Positions 27,340 to 41,454 of a stretch of 64,000 bases of DNA are shown here, one piece after another; the first letter of the stretch is position 1, and every line of letters starts with the position of its first letter. Location: contig OX597838.1 of assembly GCA_951406725.2 (NCBI GenBank), positions 6,262,001 through 6,326,000 on the forward strand, read 5' to 3'. The stretch is from Octopus vulgaris (Eukaryota). Both the position numbers and the translations under genes were made by a program. Under the pieces are notes generated by a model. It was not told the DNA's origin, made no database searches, and saw only the letters and a program-made list of their open reading frames with translations.

Positions 27340-28790
27340 GATTTTATTTGCTTCGGTTATGTAACGGCGGGACATAAAGTGTTATCATAGATCTCACAAG
27401 GTTTTTTTCCACGATACGTAACACCCAAGAACCAATCTCACAAGGGTTTTTCCACGATACGTAACACCCAAGAACCAATCTCACAAGGGTTTTTTCCACG
27501 ATACCTAACACCCAAGAACCAATCTCACAATTGTAGCTGTCCCTAATACAGTAGCTTTTTGAGTATTTACTATCTGCATATCAATTCCATTTTCTCCTCC
27601 GCCATATTTCTCAAGCCTGGTTTTTAGTGTTCCGAGTACCCCTACAAATACTGAGATTGCTTACATTCCTGCAATTTCGTATTTTAGTACCTTGTACTTT
27701 TCAATCTTTTCCAGTAGTTTCCCACCCACCGTACAACCTCAGGTAGGTCCAGGTAAATGATGTTGATATTCTTCACCCTTTTAATCTGTACCTCACTATC
27801 TGGCCTCCAAACTTCAACCACGAAGTCACAGTTGATTGTAACATCCCACAACATCTTGTGTACATTATGATAGCTAACGCCTTCTGCTTTATGCTACTAT
27901 CGTTTTCGTGTTCCGTCCAAACAGCACTTCTTACACAATCTCCAGGGAACAGACCTGGACACGTGCCTCCGTATTTCTTTTGCTCCACTCTCCTGCACTT
28001 ACTCACTCACAACATGTGTAATCTCGCTTTTTTTCCGTGCTTCCACACATACTACAAAATTGTGATTCAATATTCTTATGAAATTTCAGCTTAGTAGAAT
28101 TAGAGCTTGATCCTCGGCGCTTCATATAAATGCCTTAGGGCATCATTTCAGAGCATGTTTCTTCAACCACCTGCAAATCTGCTGCTCTTGTCTTTCCCTT
28201 CGATATCTCTAAGGCATTGCCTATGCATTGCTTTTGTTTTCTAGTTGTTGATTCTGCCTCCTATATCAGGTATCCTAAATATGTCTGGGTGTGTCATATT
28301 GTCAGTAGGAGTTGCTATTCCTAGCGCCGAAGAACAAAGTTTCACTCTGTTGTTTGACCTACCAACCCACAGTTTTTCTCATTGACAGTGCACATCGTGA
28401 ATTCTATGAGGCCTATTCTTCCCTCGTACCTAGGCACATACTGTCTATCGATATCGCCTTTTGGGTGCAGTTCCTTGTTCATTGTCATGACTTGCCTGGT
28501 CTTGATATCCATTTCTTCTAACTTATTCTTTGTCTACCTAACAATCCATGCGAGTATTGCTTTGGGGAAACAGCCCATTTATTCATTCCTCTGATCTTGT
28601 TCTTTCGATTGACTTTATTATCCAGAATTAATTTGGTTCTACTCAGCTTTTCTTACCTAAAGCGCCCCTTCATCTCATTCTTGATTTTGTCATATTCAGA
28701 ATTATCCAGACGCTTATATCCACGTTTCTGAACATCCTTGATCCTCTCGCCACAAGGCGATGAAACTACATTGCCTTTTTTATGATTGCC
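27340..28790 (-). mobile_element. 5'-truncated, decayed R4/Dong-like non-LTR retrotransposon (REL endonuclease type)
   Basis: Minus-strand remnants LEEMDIKTRQVMTMNKELHPKGDIDRQYVPRYEGRIGL, LWDVTINCDFVVEVWRPD, VFVGVLGT and QKATVLGTATIVRLVL, with many stops and frameshifts. Confidence 0.85.
27391..27530. repeat. Tandem triplication of a 43-44 bp unit
   Basis: ATCTCACAAGG(G/T)TTTTTCCACGATACGTAACACCCAAGAACCA x3 plus a partial unit. Confidence 0.92.
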
Positions 28791-28841
28791 TTTTTATGAC
28801 GATCATACAATGCTGTTCAATCCAGAATTCCATCCGGATGA

Positions 28842-28952
28842 CATTATTATTATTTTATCATTATTATTATTACTATTATTATTATTATTATTATTATTAT
28901 TGTCATCATCATCATTATCATCATCATCATCATCATCATTATTATTATTATT
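28842..28952. repeat. (TTA)n/(TCA)n microsatellite
   Basis: Directly visible. Confidence 0.95.
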
Positions 28953-29232
28953 GCCTTTGCACAGCCTCTAGCGCTGCAGATGTACTGCGATGTCAGTTGT
29001 TCACTACCAGCGAACTAAGGTAACACTTCTGCAAGTACACCACCGTTATTGCAGCCCCTATTTGTTCCACGTACTTCTCAAGATTCTTACATACTGTTCC
29101 CATGGCTCCGAAAATTATTCATACTACTGATACCTTTTTCATCGCGCATACCTTGATGTCAGGTGGGCATGCTATATCTATGATCCAGCATAGTTTGCTT
29201 TATTTCTCAATTAAGTATATGCCTGGCTCCCT
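28953..29232 (-). mobile_element. Second R4/Dong-like 3' end fragment
   Basis: Minus strand reads LCWIIDIACPPD..MKKVSVV*IIFGAMGTVCKNLEKYVEQIG..LQK; bounded on both sides by (TTA)n. Confidence 0.75.
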
Positions 29233-29237
29233 TATTA

Positions 29238-29238
29238 A

Positions 29239-29324
<86 letters not shown>

Positions 29325-29348
29325 TTTTTATTATTATTATTATTTTTA

Positions 29349-29397
<49 letters not shown>

Positions 29398-29428
29398 TAT
29401 TATTATTATTATTATTTTTGGTATTATC
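29238..29428. repeat. (TTA)n microsatellite
   Basis: Directly visible; source of the poly-I and poly-N ORFs. Confidence 0.95.
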
Positions 29429-31446
29429 ACATGATGAATGCAATTATAGAAATGTTTACCTTTTTTGTTCTACAAATTATGAAAATAATGCTTTATATAA
29501 TGAGTTATATAATAATCTATTAATTATATTGTGTAGTTTATGCATCTCAGTATCATATTATATCATGACATATCCTCATGTATTATTTAATGCCATTCAC
29601 TACAGCTTTTATCTTTGTATATAGGCTCAAGATTCGGAGTTATATATTGCTAAAGGATATAAGCATCGGCTACAAATCCGAAACAAAAATGTGTATTCTT
29701 CAGAAGTGATATGAATTTTTCATCAATAATGAACACTTTTGAACCACAAAGGAAGAAACACTGTGTATTACTTATTAACAGACTGAGAAGCTTTTACCTC
29801 CGACTCTATTATTCCTGAACTGCGACATAAAATATAAACATATATTTCTCTAATTATTTTGGCCGTGATCCGAACTGCTAATCCGATTCGCTACTCACCC
29901 TTTTATTACGTGAATATATTTTGTCAAAGGATTGTACAGCATGTTACTATACAAGAGAAAAGAAGGATTTCAATAACAGACCCTCAAATCAGAAAATCTG
30001 ATGCATCGACAGCAATAAATTCCAACGATGCTTGAACGTTTTCGTTTCATTACTTTTTCTATTGAAAATATTTACTTCAAGGGGATAAATCCCTGTGCAA
30101 GATGATTTATTTTCGCTTTATTTATTTGATATTTGATATTTGGTATGGCAATATTTTCCAGGGCCACATAAGGACACTAGCTTTGGAAGTTTTGATTCTA
30201 TAGAGGATATTAAATGTGGAAGAATTGCCAAACAGTTGTCGAGTGTCATATTGAATATCAATCGGTTTTTGTTTAGGATTTCTCATATTATTTCAGTACA
30301 TAATTGGAAAGGTGGATCGCTGTTAGCCATAGGAGATTGAACAGTAACATTTTTATATTTAGAATAGACTTGGCAAGGAAACAATTTTGATTGAAGTCGA
30401 AACCTCACTTTTCACGTTATATTATCGTCATATTGAACGATTTTTGTCTCCTCGCATGGAGAGCGGCATAACATTTGTGATGAAAAGACTCATAACTCGA
30501 ATATTGGATTGAAGTTCGATTCCAAACAAGATTTTTACGAAATTCGCTAATTCCAATAATAGTGCATACATGAGCACAACAAATTCCAATAATTCAAGCC
30601 TCAAACCTATATATTTAGTCAGAAAGGAATTGAAAAAGACAATAGAGGATAGTTTGTCATTCCACTGCTTGGAATATGTGCTATATAATTATCTATCTTC
30701 TATAAGTATTTGTTTACTCTCAGCTTGCCGTTTGAGCCCTGTTTATTGATATGCGTTCTAGCCGTGGCCATCCCATTTTACTTCCTTTTTCATAGGCTGA
30801 TGTTGCATGATAATAGCGACTGTAGAATATTATAGAATGGGTAAAATATCGCATCATATTGCCTGAAGGTTATTTTATTTATCCACATTTTATACTACCG
30901 GCACACGTGTTATGCATTTTCCTAATTCTATCCCAACGTAAATTTATTGATCGAGATGTTATTGCTTTATCTTTTTAAAAATGGATTGTCGTATATTCGA
31001 ATGTTCTCCTTCGTTCACGTTGTTTAATTCACAACTCACGAAAGCCTTTTATGGAAAATTTAGAAACAAACAAGTAGAACTCTTGTCAGTTGTAAAAGTT
31101 CAATTTCTGAGATGTATTTACTTACAAAGTCATCCCAGCTTTCAGTTTTAATTTTTTTTTTCGTTTTTTAGAAGTCTGTGAAAGTATTGTATTATGTTGT
31201 GTGGAGTAACAGGGAAATTTGGCTACACCTTTCACATTTTAATAGGCTGTGTGACCCTGTTGAAGGTAACACTTCGGCAACGAGGTACCGCACCTTTACA
31301 ACGCTTAATGACAGGAATACATTAAGTATACCGTATGATAGATATAATATGTTTATATTTGATACAAAATGCTTATCTCGAAATCTTTCTCAAATTATAT
31401 TTATCTGACAATCATTCTAAAGTTTCATAGCAGAAAATATATTTTC

Positions 31447-31861
31447 TATTTCCTTACTACCCACAAGAGGCTAAACACAGAGAGGAAAAACAAGGACAGA
31501 TAAACGGATTAAGTCTATTATATCGACCCCAGTGCGTAACTGGTACTTAATTTATCGACCCAGAAAGGATGAAAGGCAAAGTCGACCTCGACGGAATTTG
31601 AACTCAGAACGTAACGGCAGACGAAATACCTATTTCTTTATTACCCACAAGGGGCTAAACACAGAGGCAACAAATTAGGACAGACATAGGTATTAAGTCG
31701 ATTACATCGACCCCAGTTCGTAACTGGTACTTAATTTATCGACCCCGAAAGGATCAAAGGCAAAGTCGACCTCGGCGGAATTTGAACTCACAACGTAACG
31801 GCAGACGAAATACCGCTAAGCATTTCGCCCGGCGTGCTAACGTTTCTGCCAGCTCGCCGCC
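31447..31861 (-). mobile_element. SINE family A, dimeric body, 22-bp TSD
   Basis: Minus-strand head GGCGGCGAGCTGGCAGAAACGTTAGC, B-box GAGTTCAAATTCC, central GCCTTT(C/G)ATCCTTTCGGGGTCGATAAATTAAGTACCAG; two units of about 185 bp; TCATAGCAGAAAATATATTTTC duplicated at 31425-31446 and 31862-31883. Confidence 0.92.
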
Positions 31862-32525
31862 TCATAGCAGAAAATATATTTTCATTCTGCTTCACATTAA
31901 AATACGAGAGAGGTATAACGTATATCGGAGGAGATTTGCTTAACCACGTGGATATGTTTGCTCCCAGGAGTACAAATATTAGTTCGATGCAACAATACAG
32001 AAGGAAATAAGTACATAGTTCTTGCTAACGTTGTCCTAGAAAGGAAAAAATATAATTCAGAATTTGACAATTACAACTAGTGTTTCCACATTATCAAAAC
32101 CCGATACACAATTATGAATTTACAACGCAAACATATATATTTGTCTTCAATTGCCTCATTGTCTCGTTATGTTCTCTGCAATAACAAATCTGATATAAAA
32201 GCGTTTGTTGCAAATCGTCAAAAAATTAAGTGGGATTCATAACAAATTTGAATTTTATACGTTTTTTATATGTTAACATTTTATATGAGAAAAGAAATTA
32301 TTTTCTCGGTGGATAGTTATCCACTTGAGTTTATTTTCTTTGAATGTAAAATGGATTTCTTTATCCGAGATATCTCTGTTAATATATAATGGTACTTCAA
32401 CAAAAGTAATTACTGTAATGTGTTAGAAAAGTATTGAAAACTACGTTAATATTATTTATTAACTGGTGTTTGTTCAACAGGATTTAAAATGATATTTGTC
32501 TAGTAATATTCTCTATTGTATGGAA

Positions 32526-32935
32526 GGTATGCGTGTGTGATTAAGATCGCTTTGCAATCACTTGGTTTCAAATTCATTTCTCCTTCGTGGCACGTTGGGC
32601 GAGTGTCATCCACTATAGTTACAGGGTGACAAACACCATATGAATAAATTTGAACAACTGAAACTCTGTGGCGACCCTCCTGTATAAGCGGAAGTATATA
32701 TGGGAGTGTGTGTGTGTTCGAGTATGCGTGAGTGTGTGTTGGTCTCCTACCACCACTTAAAAACCACTGTTCTTTTGTTCACGTTCCTCTAATGAGTGGT
32801 GTCACAAAAGAGACCGTTTGAATAAATATGAGACTTAAAATAAGTACCTGGGTAGATTTGTTTGATTAGACATACCTGTGGAAGTGTACGGACATGATCA
32901 TGATCCAACAGCTCCAGTAATTGAAAAATGAAAGA
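32526..32935 (+). mobile_element. SINE family B, degenerate
   Basis: CGTGGCACGTTGGGCGAGTGTC..CTATAG and CAAAAGAGACCG..GAATAA blocks colinear with 18288-18740. Confidence 0.6.
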
Positions 32936-33687
32936 GACGTCCCTAGATCTTGGTTTACAAAGCAACTGTGCATATCCATATGTAAACGCAGCCACACGCA
33001 TTTACACACATATATAGAGAGAGAAGGAGAGAAAGTGAGAGAGAGAGAGAGGGATATCACAGAAATCACAAGGGTACAATAATAAGTCAAATAAAAAACA
33101 AACACATAATAAGCAAAGATGCTAGTTATAAAATCTCTGATAGTAATGCCAGATTCGCACACAAGACTTGGATTTTCCTGGAACTATTCTAGAAGATACT
33201 TACTCAAAACGTGTCCCATAACGCGGACCCTAAAAGCACGTCATTGGTTTAGAAGGGAAATCTTAATGATATAGGCATAACAAATGTTCTGCTGGCATGG
33301 ATAACGAAACATCTCTTTCGAGTTACCGCTTCTTGTATAGGATATGTCGTATATCACGAAACCACAGCTTTCTTTCCACACTTTACAAAATCCAGAATTA
33401 CTGACACCCAACAAATATTTCCAGGATATAAACTTCTAGATTCTTGTACATTCAGCCAATAGATGACACCCGTATTATTGGTAAGAATATCACATATCTG
33501 TAAGCTGCGTCCTTGTAATTGTATTCATAGCAATAAAATATCACAAAGAGCTGCGCCATTCGAAACTAACGTAGTTATATGAAATTTACGAAGATAGCTG
33601 CGTAAAACTGCGAAAGAACACATCAACAACATTACACCACCTTCCTATTTGCGCTTAATATATTGTTGTTGTTGTTATTATTATTAC

Positions 33688-33718
<31 letters not shown>

Positions 33719-36700
33719 GCTCTTGTGCTGTTGTTTTTGTTGTTGACGCTGTTGTATCATCTATATATTTCACATATGTTTTTCTTTTGTTTTTTTTTAA
33801 ATGCTGTTGCCGTGTTATCTCCTTTAAACTATTTTGCTTCCTTCGAATCGCTCTCCTTCTTGGAAACCAAATTTCTTCTTTTTTCTCTTTCTGTCGGTGT
33901 TTTTTTTTCCTCTCCTATTTTATTTGATTTTTGTTTGTTTTTCCTTTCTGTTTTTTTTTTTTTTTTTTGTCGTAATCCTGTGTCATAAATTTATTTGATC
34001 TATTTTCTCATGCTGAAAATGTAAAAGTATTTTGCGGTGTGAGAAATGAAAAATAAATAAATAAATAAATAAAATGGAAAAGAAAATAAAAATACGAAAG
34101 TAAATGTGTCTGGATAGAGACAAAAATTGTAAAAAAAAAGAAATCACAAAAAATTAACGAAAATTGCTTCATGCCGCTTTATTACTCACAAGAGCATGCA
34201 TACATTTCTAGTTTTACAATGTTCTCAGTTTTCTTCACCTTCTACAACGAATATGCCTACTGTATTATTCTTTACTGCATTCCCCATTCCTCCAGCACCT
34301 AAACCTCCTCCTCCTAATTCTCCTCCTCCTATTCGCTGTTGTTACTAATGGTGATGATGATTCACTTTTTGTGCGCTTCTTCTTTGGCGTTTTTTGCGTC
34401 CACGCTCTCTTTCTGTTTTTTTCTCTTTTTATACTTTTCATGTTTTCCATTTATATTTCTAAGTATTTTTCTCGATCATAAGGATTATCGCCACCACCAC
34501 CACCACCAGCAAAAAGCATTTTTCTTCAGCATTCTTCTTCATCATCACCGTCATTATTCCCATCATGATAATCGTCACCTGTGACCTTTGTAGCAGTAAC
34601 GAAACAGCATTTCAAAATCGATGAATATCTTCGCCCAGTCTTTCTCCCTCAATGTGTCCTCTGTTACACACACGGCGTCAAATATAAAACCATATTAAAA
34701 ATCGTAACCAAACACGATATCAGATGGCGGTCATATCAAGTATATTCTGTCAGCTGATATTTCGTAGAGAACCTGAATATTTTCTATAATAATTGTTCAG
34801 ACCAAGATTTAGTTTTCAATAGTAAAATACAAGTTTTATGATAAGGTCGTACGTAAAACGAAATTAATGGATGTTTTCTTCAAGAATTTATCATAAAATT
34901 ATAAAATCATTCTGGTTAATCCCTGAGCTGCATCGTTTTTGTTTTCCTCACACATAAATATTTCTTGCTAACTGGTTAATGTCGCCTGCATTATTATGCT
35001 AATATTAGCGTATTATTTCTATTCCAGCAGATAGATTACCGTCTTCTATGTTATCAAATTCAAATACCAAAATCTCTATTACATAAAGAACTTGAAACGT
35101 AGGGTTACCGTATATATTTTATGATTGTGCGCAACATTATTGCAGGGTAAAATTCATGATTGTTTCTGTGTTGTGCCAATAGTAATGTATTATTTCTCTT
35201 TCATGCAGTTGATCGCCTCTTGTGTCATCAAATGGCAAAATGTAAGAGAACTGTGAAAGATACGATTATAGTATATATATATTTCCCGTTTTGTATGTAA
35301 CATTGCTGCAGTACAAAATTCATGAGAGTCATTTTAGTGGATCGCTGTCATTCCTTAACATTTAGTTACTTCTCAGATCAATGTTAAACCACGCGTGCAG
35401 AGGCAGACATGCAGAGGAATGCTCTCTTCTCCAGCAAACTTAAATCGAAAAGCGAAAGCGTCATATAATGTAAATAAATGTACGACAGCATAAACGGACA
35501 TTTACATGTACGTACATACACACATATACAAAAGAGAAACACACATACACCACACAACTCACACACATACACACACATACACACTCATATGCAATCGTGG
35601 TATCATACTTAAAGTAAATGTCTAATTTGAAGTAGCTCTAATACTACCGTTCATATAGAATACTTGCATATATGCACTCATAAATATATATGTACACACA
35701 TACACACACGCATACACACGTATATGCGTGTGTATTTCTGCGTGTTTGTGTGTGTGTGTGTGTGAGGGTTTCGACGCAATACATTACAAGTTATGCGTGC
35801 ATGTTGCATTCGCTTCGAGATATACAAGTGAGTCACATATTCATATTTTCTCGATGATTCTACATTTATTCGGTAAATGGAAATAAACTTTCGCACTTGC
35901 GAAATGTAATGTTTCGAAGTTTATGTTGGAATCATGAAAGTTTAAATTTGTGCCAGTTGTAGCACGTCTTATATTTTTGCAACATTTTCTTAAACAGATC
36001 CCGTTATTTTCTTGCATGGAGTGACTTCCTAACGCAATATATTAAAAGGTATCATTTATCTTTTTACTTTGCTTTCATAAAACACTAAAAGGCAATGTTG
36101 AACATACGTTGCGATATACGAAGAGCGAAACGTCACTGCTGGGATGGCTTTGTCATAGGCCTGCTTATTCAGATATAATCAGTGTTTAAGCAGCAATTGT
36201 GCAACCTCTAACGCAGTATTACTAGATTTTCTTCTTTCTTAACTGCTAAAATGATCAGGCATATACACATCGAATGAAACACTTGAGGACACAGACATTA
36301 TGAAAATGTTAAACACAGGACTGGCGAGGCATCAATGCTAGTTTTCCCATTAATCAACATGGAATGATACAATCGCAAATAAGTAAACCCCTACATGGTA
36401 ATTTTACGGGCTAAATATTAATAATAGTAACAGACGATAGCTCAGCCATCGCCGTTATATTCAGGTGAATCGTACAACGTAAGTGGCTGGAAGCCATTCT
36501 AATCGTCATATACCTGCTGTCGATACGGAAGTGTTTCCAGCATTGCAATGGAATTAGAAGAGCTTGCAAGGACCGCTGAGTAGCTCTTGCAGTTTCTGAG
36601 AAATTTCTCTGATGTCTATTTCACCCTAAAATCACAGAGAATCGAAAAACCTAAAGAAAAATGGCTACGTACAATACATTTGACAGCGCGGTTTCGCGGT

Positions 36701-36776
36701 TTGTAAACAGCGAACTTATAGATATACGCTCATTCATACGCTCACAAACGCAAATATTATGTACAAGCGAATATAT

Positions 36777-37173
36777 ATTTCTTTACTACCCACAAGGGGC
36801 TAAACACAGAGGACAGGCAAACAAGGACAGGCAAACGGATTAAGACGTAACTGGTACTTAATTAATCGACCCCGAAAGGATGAAAGGCAAAGTCGAGCTC
36901 GGCGGAATTTGAACTCAGAACATAACGACAGACGAAATGCCTATTTCTTTATTACCCACAAGGGGCTAAACATAGGGGGGACAAACAAGGACAGACAAAA
37001 GGATTAAGTCGATTATATCGACCCCAGTGCGTAACTGGTACTTAATTAATCGACCCCGAAAAGATGAAAGGCAAAGTCGACCTCGGCGGAATTTGAACTC
37101 AGAGCGTAACGGCAGACGAAATACGGCTATGCATTTCGCCCGGCGTGCTAACGTTTCTGCCAGCTCGCCGCCT
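36777..37173 (-). mobile_element. SINE family A, dimeric body
   Basis: Two tandem units plus one head, highly similar to 31447-31861. Confidence 0.92.
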
Positions 37174-38386
37174 TCGTACAAACACATATAAGCATAATAT
37201 CTATACATGATGTACACCATCGAAACACATATACACATACTCTCTCACAAACATTCCAAAGCATTAATTTGTAGTTACAACCTAGGAACCAAACCTAATG
37301 AGTGGATTTTTGAACATCGGTGCTGGTTTCTAAATAAGTGAAGCAAACACAGTATATAAGGATTTTTTAATTGTAGAATTTTAATATGTTAATAATAAAG
37401 GCACGGATATGAAAAATCTTTTAAAAAATTAAATAAACTGTGGTAATCGTACTACAAGAATAGAAAGCTATTTTAAATGCTATTATCAGAATGAAATATC
37501 GTATATTGCTTTCACTCTTAAAAAGAAATTGAGGACCGTTAACTGAAGAAAAATTGAAAGAATTTAAAATTGTGGAATCTGAAAGTTTTCTTTTATACGC
37601 TTCTAAGCATAGGAAATATCTTGCATATACTTAGGGCTGTTCAAAGTCAGTGTTTACATTTTAATATAGATTTTTCAATAACCGTAAGTGATTCACATGA
37701 AAAAGGGTGGAAGATGATGTTAGATGTGAGAGATATTAAAGGGTTTATAGACTATTTGTATCGTAACTATAAAGAAATTTGAAACCGAGTAATAGTAAAT
37801 ATAGACTGCTATTGTATGAATTTTTAAAGAATGGGAAATATTTAGGTAAACATTAATCAAAAGAAATGTAAATGATATATTATATGGACGTATGAAATAA
37901 AGTTTAAATTTCAGAATCTTGTGGAGATAATGAGAAAAATAAAAATGAAGCAAACTATAAAATGATCTTATCAGAGAAAATGGCGGGGGTCTGATATTTC
38001 TTGTCAAGTAAACTGAAGTGGTTGCTTATACGAAAATAAACGCGTCATTATATATGAGTAGCTATATTAAAGTTATAAATAATCGACATTAGTTTAAGAT
38101 TGGAATTCTATCGGTGTAATTCGAAATTTGACCTCTAAGTATATGAAACTGCGAATGAAAAAAAGTTAAACTGTACATACATGTGTGTATGTAATTGTAT
38201 GTTTGTGTGTGTGTGTTTGTGTATGAATGTTGATGGTCAAGCGATCAGGGTTTCGCATTCACAAACGTAAGAAAGTACTTTCGATTCCAAAAGTAGTGTC
38301 ACCGAATGTATTTTTTTAAAGTAAAACACTTCGTATAGTTTTATTCCACACTGATATACACAGACAGATACATGCACACGCACACC

Positions 38387-38553
<167 letters not shown>

Positions 38554-39470
38554 GGATGAAAACAGTTTGATTCAAATTCCGTGCTATTTAAAGTTTCAAA
38601 CCCTGTGAAGCTAATCGTCAGGCAAGCATTGAATTTGAATCAAACGGTTTGATCCATACTCGTAGCTCACGCTATTTTTGTATGTCCACTCTCTCTCTCT
38701 CTCTCTCTCTATCTATCTCTCTCTTCCAATTCCTCTCCCTATCACACGTACACACACACACATATAAGCCGGATTGAGCACGTGTATGCGTGTTTGCGTT
38801 CATATGTTTACATTTTAAGAGCAAAAGTATACTCTGTGTCTTTAGTACCAATTACACAGCACGAAGAGTTTCAAACATTATGTTCGTGAAGTGAGTGCTG
38901 TTATGGACATTGCTTTAGGAGGTGTGACTGCGTGTAACAGAAATAATTAGACACAACACTGACGTTGTATTTGCTGCTTATATGTGTGACTACAACTAAA
39001 ATAAATCATCGATTTATAATTATAGTAAGTTATACAGAAATAACTACTTGTTTTGTTTAAAAGTGTATAATGAAAATAATACAACAAAGTTATAAAATGT
39101 TTATTGAAGTCAGTTCAATCTAAGTACTTCAGTTCTATCAAAAGAAGTACAAGTTATATATGATGAAAGTGAAAGTAGGTGAAAGTTATGTATAGCAAAT
39201 TTACAGGTGTTCCAGTGACACATACGTAATGATTACGTAAGGCAGGGAACAGTTTTACTGCAGACATCACAATGTTTGTTTCCTCGGGAGAAAAGTTACG
39301 TTTAGTGACAGTCAAGAATTTTGCGGAAGAAAGAGCTACAGCGTTTGTAGAAATTGTCTGGTGTCAGTGTAAAGATCTACTACACATTGCATTAAACATT
39401 CTTACAAACTAATATACCAGTGCCAGTGAATAATATACAAATACACACACACTCTACATATATACATATA

Positions 39471-39855
39471 CGAGCAAAACGTCCCCCCCCGTCCAATGAA
39501 CGGTGGTGAGTTGTCAAACATTTAAACCAAATTTTCTCAAAACAACTTGTCCGACTGTCCGATAGGCCTCCCCTTTCGGAAACACTGATTTAACCTAAAT
39601 TTGAGACACTAGCAAAAGAAGAAATAAAGATATACTTTTTTCTACTCCAAGAAAAACCATTTTACAAATGCACGTACCCACGGCTTAATCGATTGCATTC
39701 TCACCTGGAATCGATTTTTGTAAGTTTTGCAAGACTTATACACACCCTGATACCGTCGGTATCTACATATCAAATTCGCGTGCAATCGGATGGAAGATGC
39801 CCGAGATCCTAGAAGACACACACAGAGACAGACAGAACGGATTTTATATAATAGA
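39471..39855 (-). mobile_element. Non-autonomous Helitron (second family)
   Basis: Minus strand starts TCTATTATATAAAATCCGTTCTGTCTGTC; subterminal hairpin CCGTTCATTGGACGG; ends GCTCG|T, read as CTAG with one substitution. Confidence 0.7.
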
Positions 39856-40174
39856 TATGCACACGCACACACACACATGTGTACGGATATTTGTATATAT
39901 GTATAAATGCATGCACATCTATAATAAGACTTAAAATGAAATCTGCATATAAAGCGTGCCGTGTTGTAATGTTAATATAATCTGTTACTACATTTTTAAA
40001 AAAACAGGCAAACATATTCAGTTCATACAATACTTTCCATGACAACAAACCTCATTTCGAATAACATAATATTTTTCTGGTGCCCTTACATTAATTCCAG
40101 TAATATACACACGGTACATATATACATAATTTAATATTTTTCTGCTATGTATAGTAAATGCTATTATATTATAC

Positions 40175-40470
40175 CAGTGGTTCCCAAAGCCTTTTTAACT
40201 CAATGTGTAATTTAAAGCAACTAATATATTTTATCCTATTTTCTCCATAAAATGAATAATATTTAACATGTATAACATAGACAAGTTCAAAACTCTAAAC
40301 ATAAAATTACAATTTACATAATATAACATTTCTTTATTTAATAATTGAAGCATATTTCTGGCTTCAAATTTAAAGTTTCAGTTTATATATATGCCGTTTT
40401 TAAATATGATTTTTATTATTTTCCTAATACACGTAGCTAGGTATGGAGACTTGCAGTTTGAGACCAACAG
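40175..40470. mobile_element. Possible decayed hAT MITE
   Basis: CAGTGGTTCCCAAA start and a weakly matching TTTGAGACCAACAG end; no TSD seen. Confidence 0.35.
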
Positions 40471-41454
40471 TCATATCAGAATGAAAAACTATTGAATTAT
40501 CAATCGCAATTTGTCATTGCAAATTTTACAGTTGTAATCGAAAATGGTATTTTACAGCAATTTTTCATTCAATCTGATTATCAGTAGTTATTTCCCCTTT
40601 AAACCTTTTTATAACATTTTAGTTTTGGAAATCTAGTTTGCATAATTTTTGTTTCAAAGAATTTTAATTCCATGAAATACATAGCAAACCATATATATAT
40701 GTTCAAGGTTTTAAAAAAAATTATAAAACGCAATATTGTTTAAATCGTTCAATTTTATCTTACACACCCTTCAAATTTACAAGCATATCCAAATCATTAG
40801 TTTTTAATTTGAACTATAACAAGTCAAATATATTACTAATATAGGCAACCCTATGTAAGTTATTAATTGTTTCAGCTTCGAAATATTTGACTCTATTTTT
40901 CCGTCAATTTCCTTTAGTAGTAATTTATCTCTTTTATATTACTCGACATGCCTAACATTTCTATATATTTTATATAAAAACAAACATTACAGATAAGATA
41001 CTCGTTGTTTCTGTGATAAATTCGCTTAATCTTGAGTCAGCATTCTGTATTTCGTCATTATATACAAAGGTCTTTAAATTTCAAAACAGTACTTCAAATA
41101 TAATATCCAATATTTCATTTGTATATGTTTTCTCTAGCAGTTGCCATAGTATTCTACTTAAATGCTCTCTACATACTGGAATGATTCGCCGTCTCTGCAT
41201 ATTCTTCCTATTTGCAAAGTGATATAGTTTTTATTTGTGTATATTGTGTACATACATTTATCAAAGTGCCGAATTAATGATATTTCTTGCATTGTTAATG
41301 TTGCAATTATACAAAGCAAATGTGATTTAAAAATTTCTTTCGTTTAGTCTTATTTGTTTTGCGCCGCGCGATGTATACTTCATATACTTAGAAATATACA
41401 TGCATGCACAGATGTTAATATAGACACGCGCACATACATACATGCATACATATA

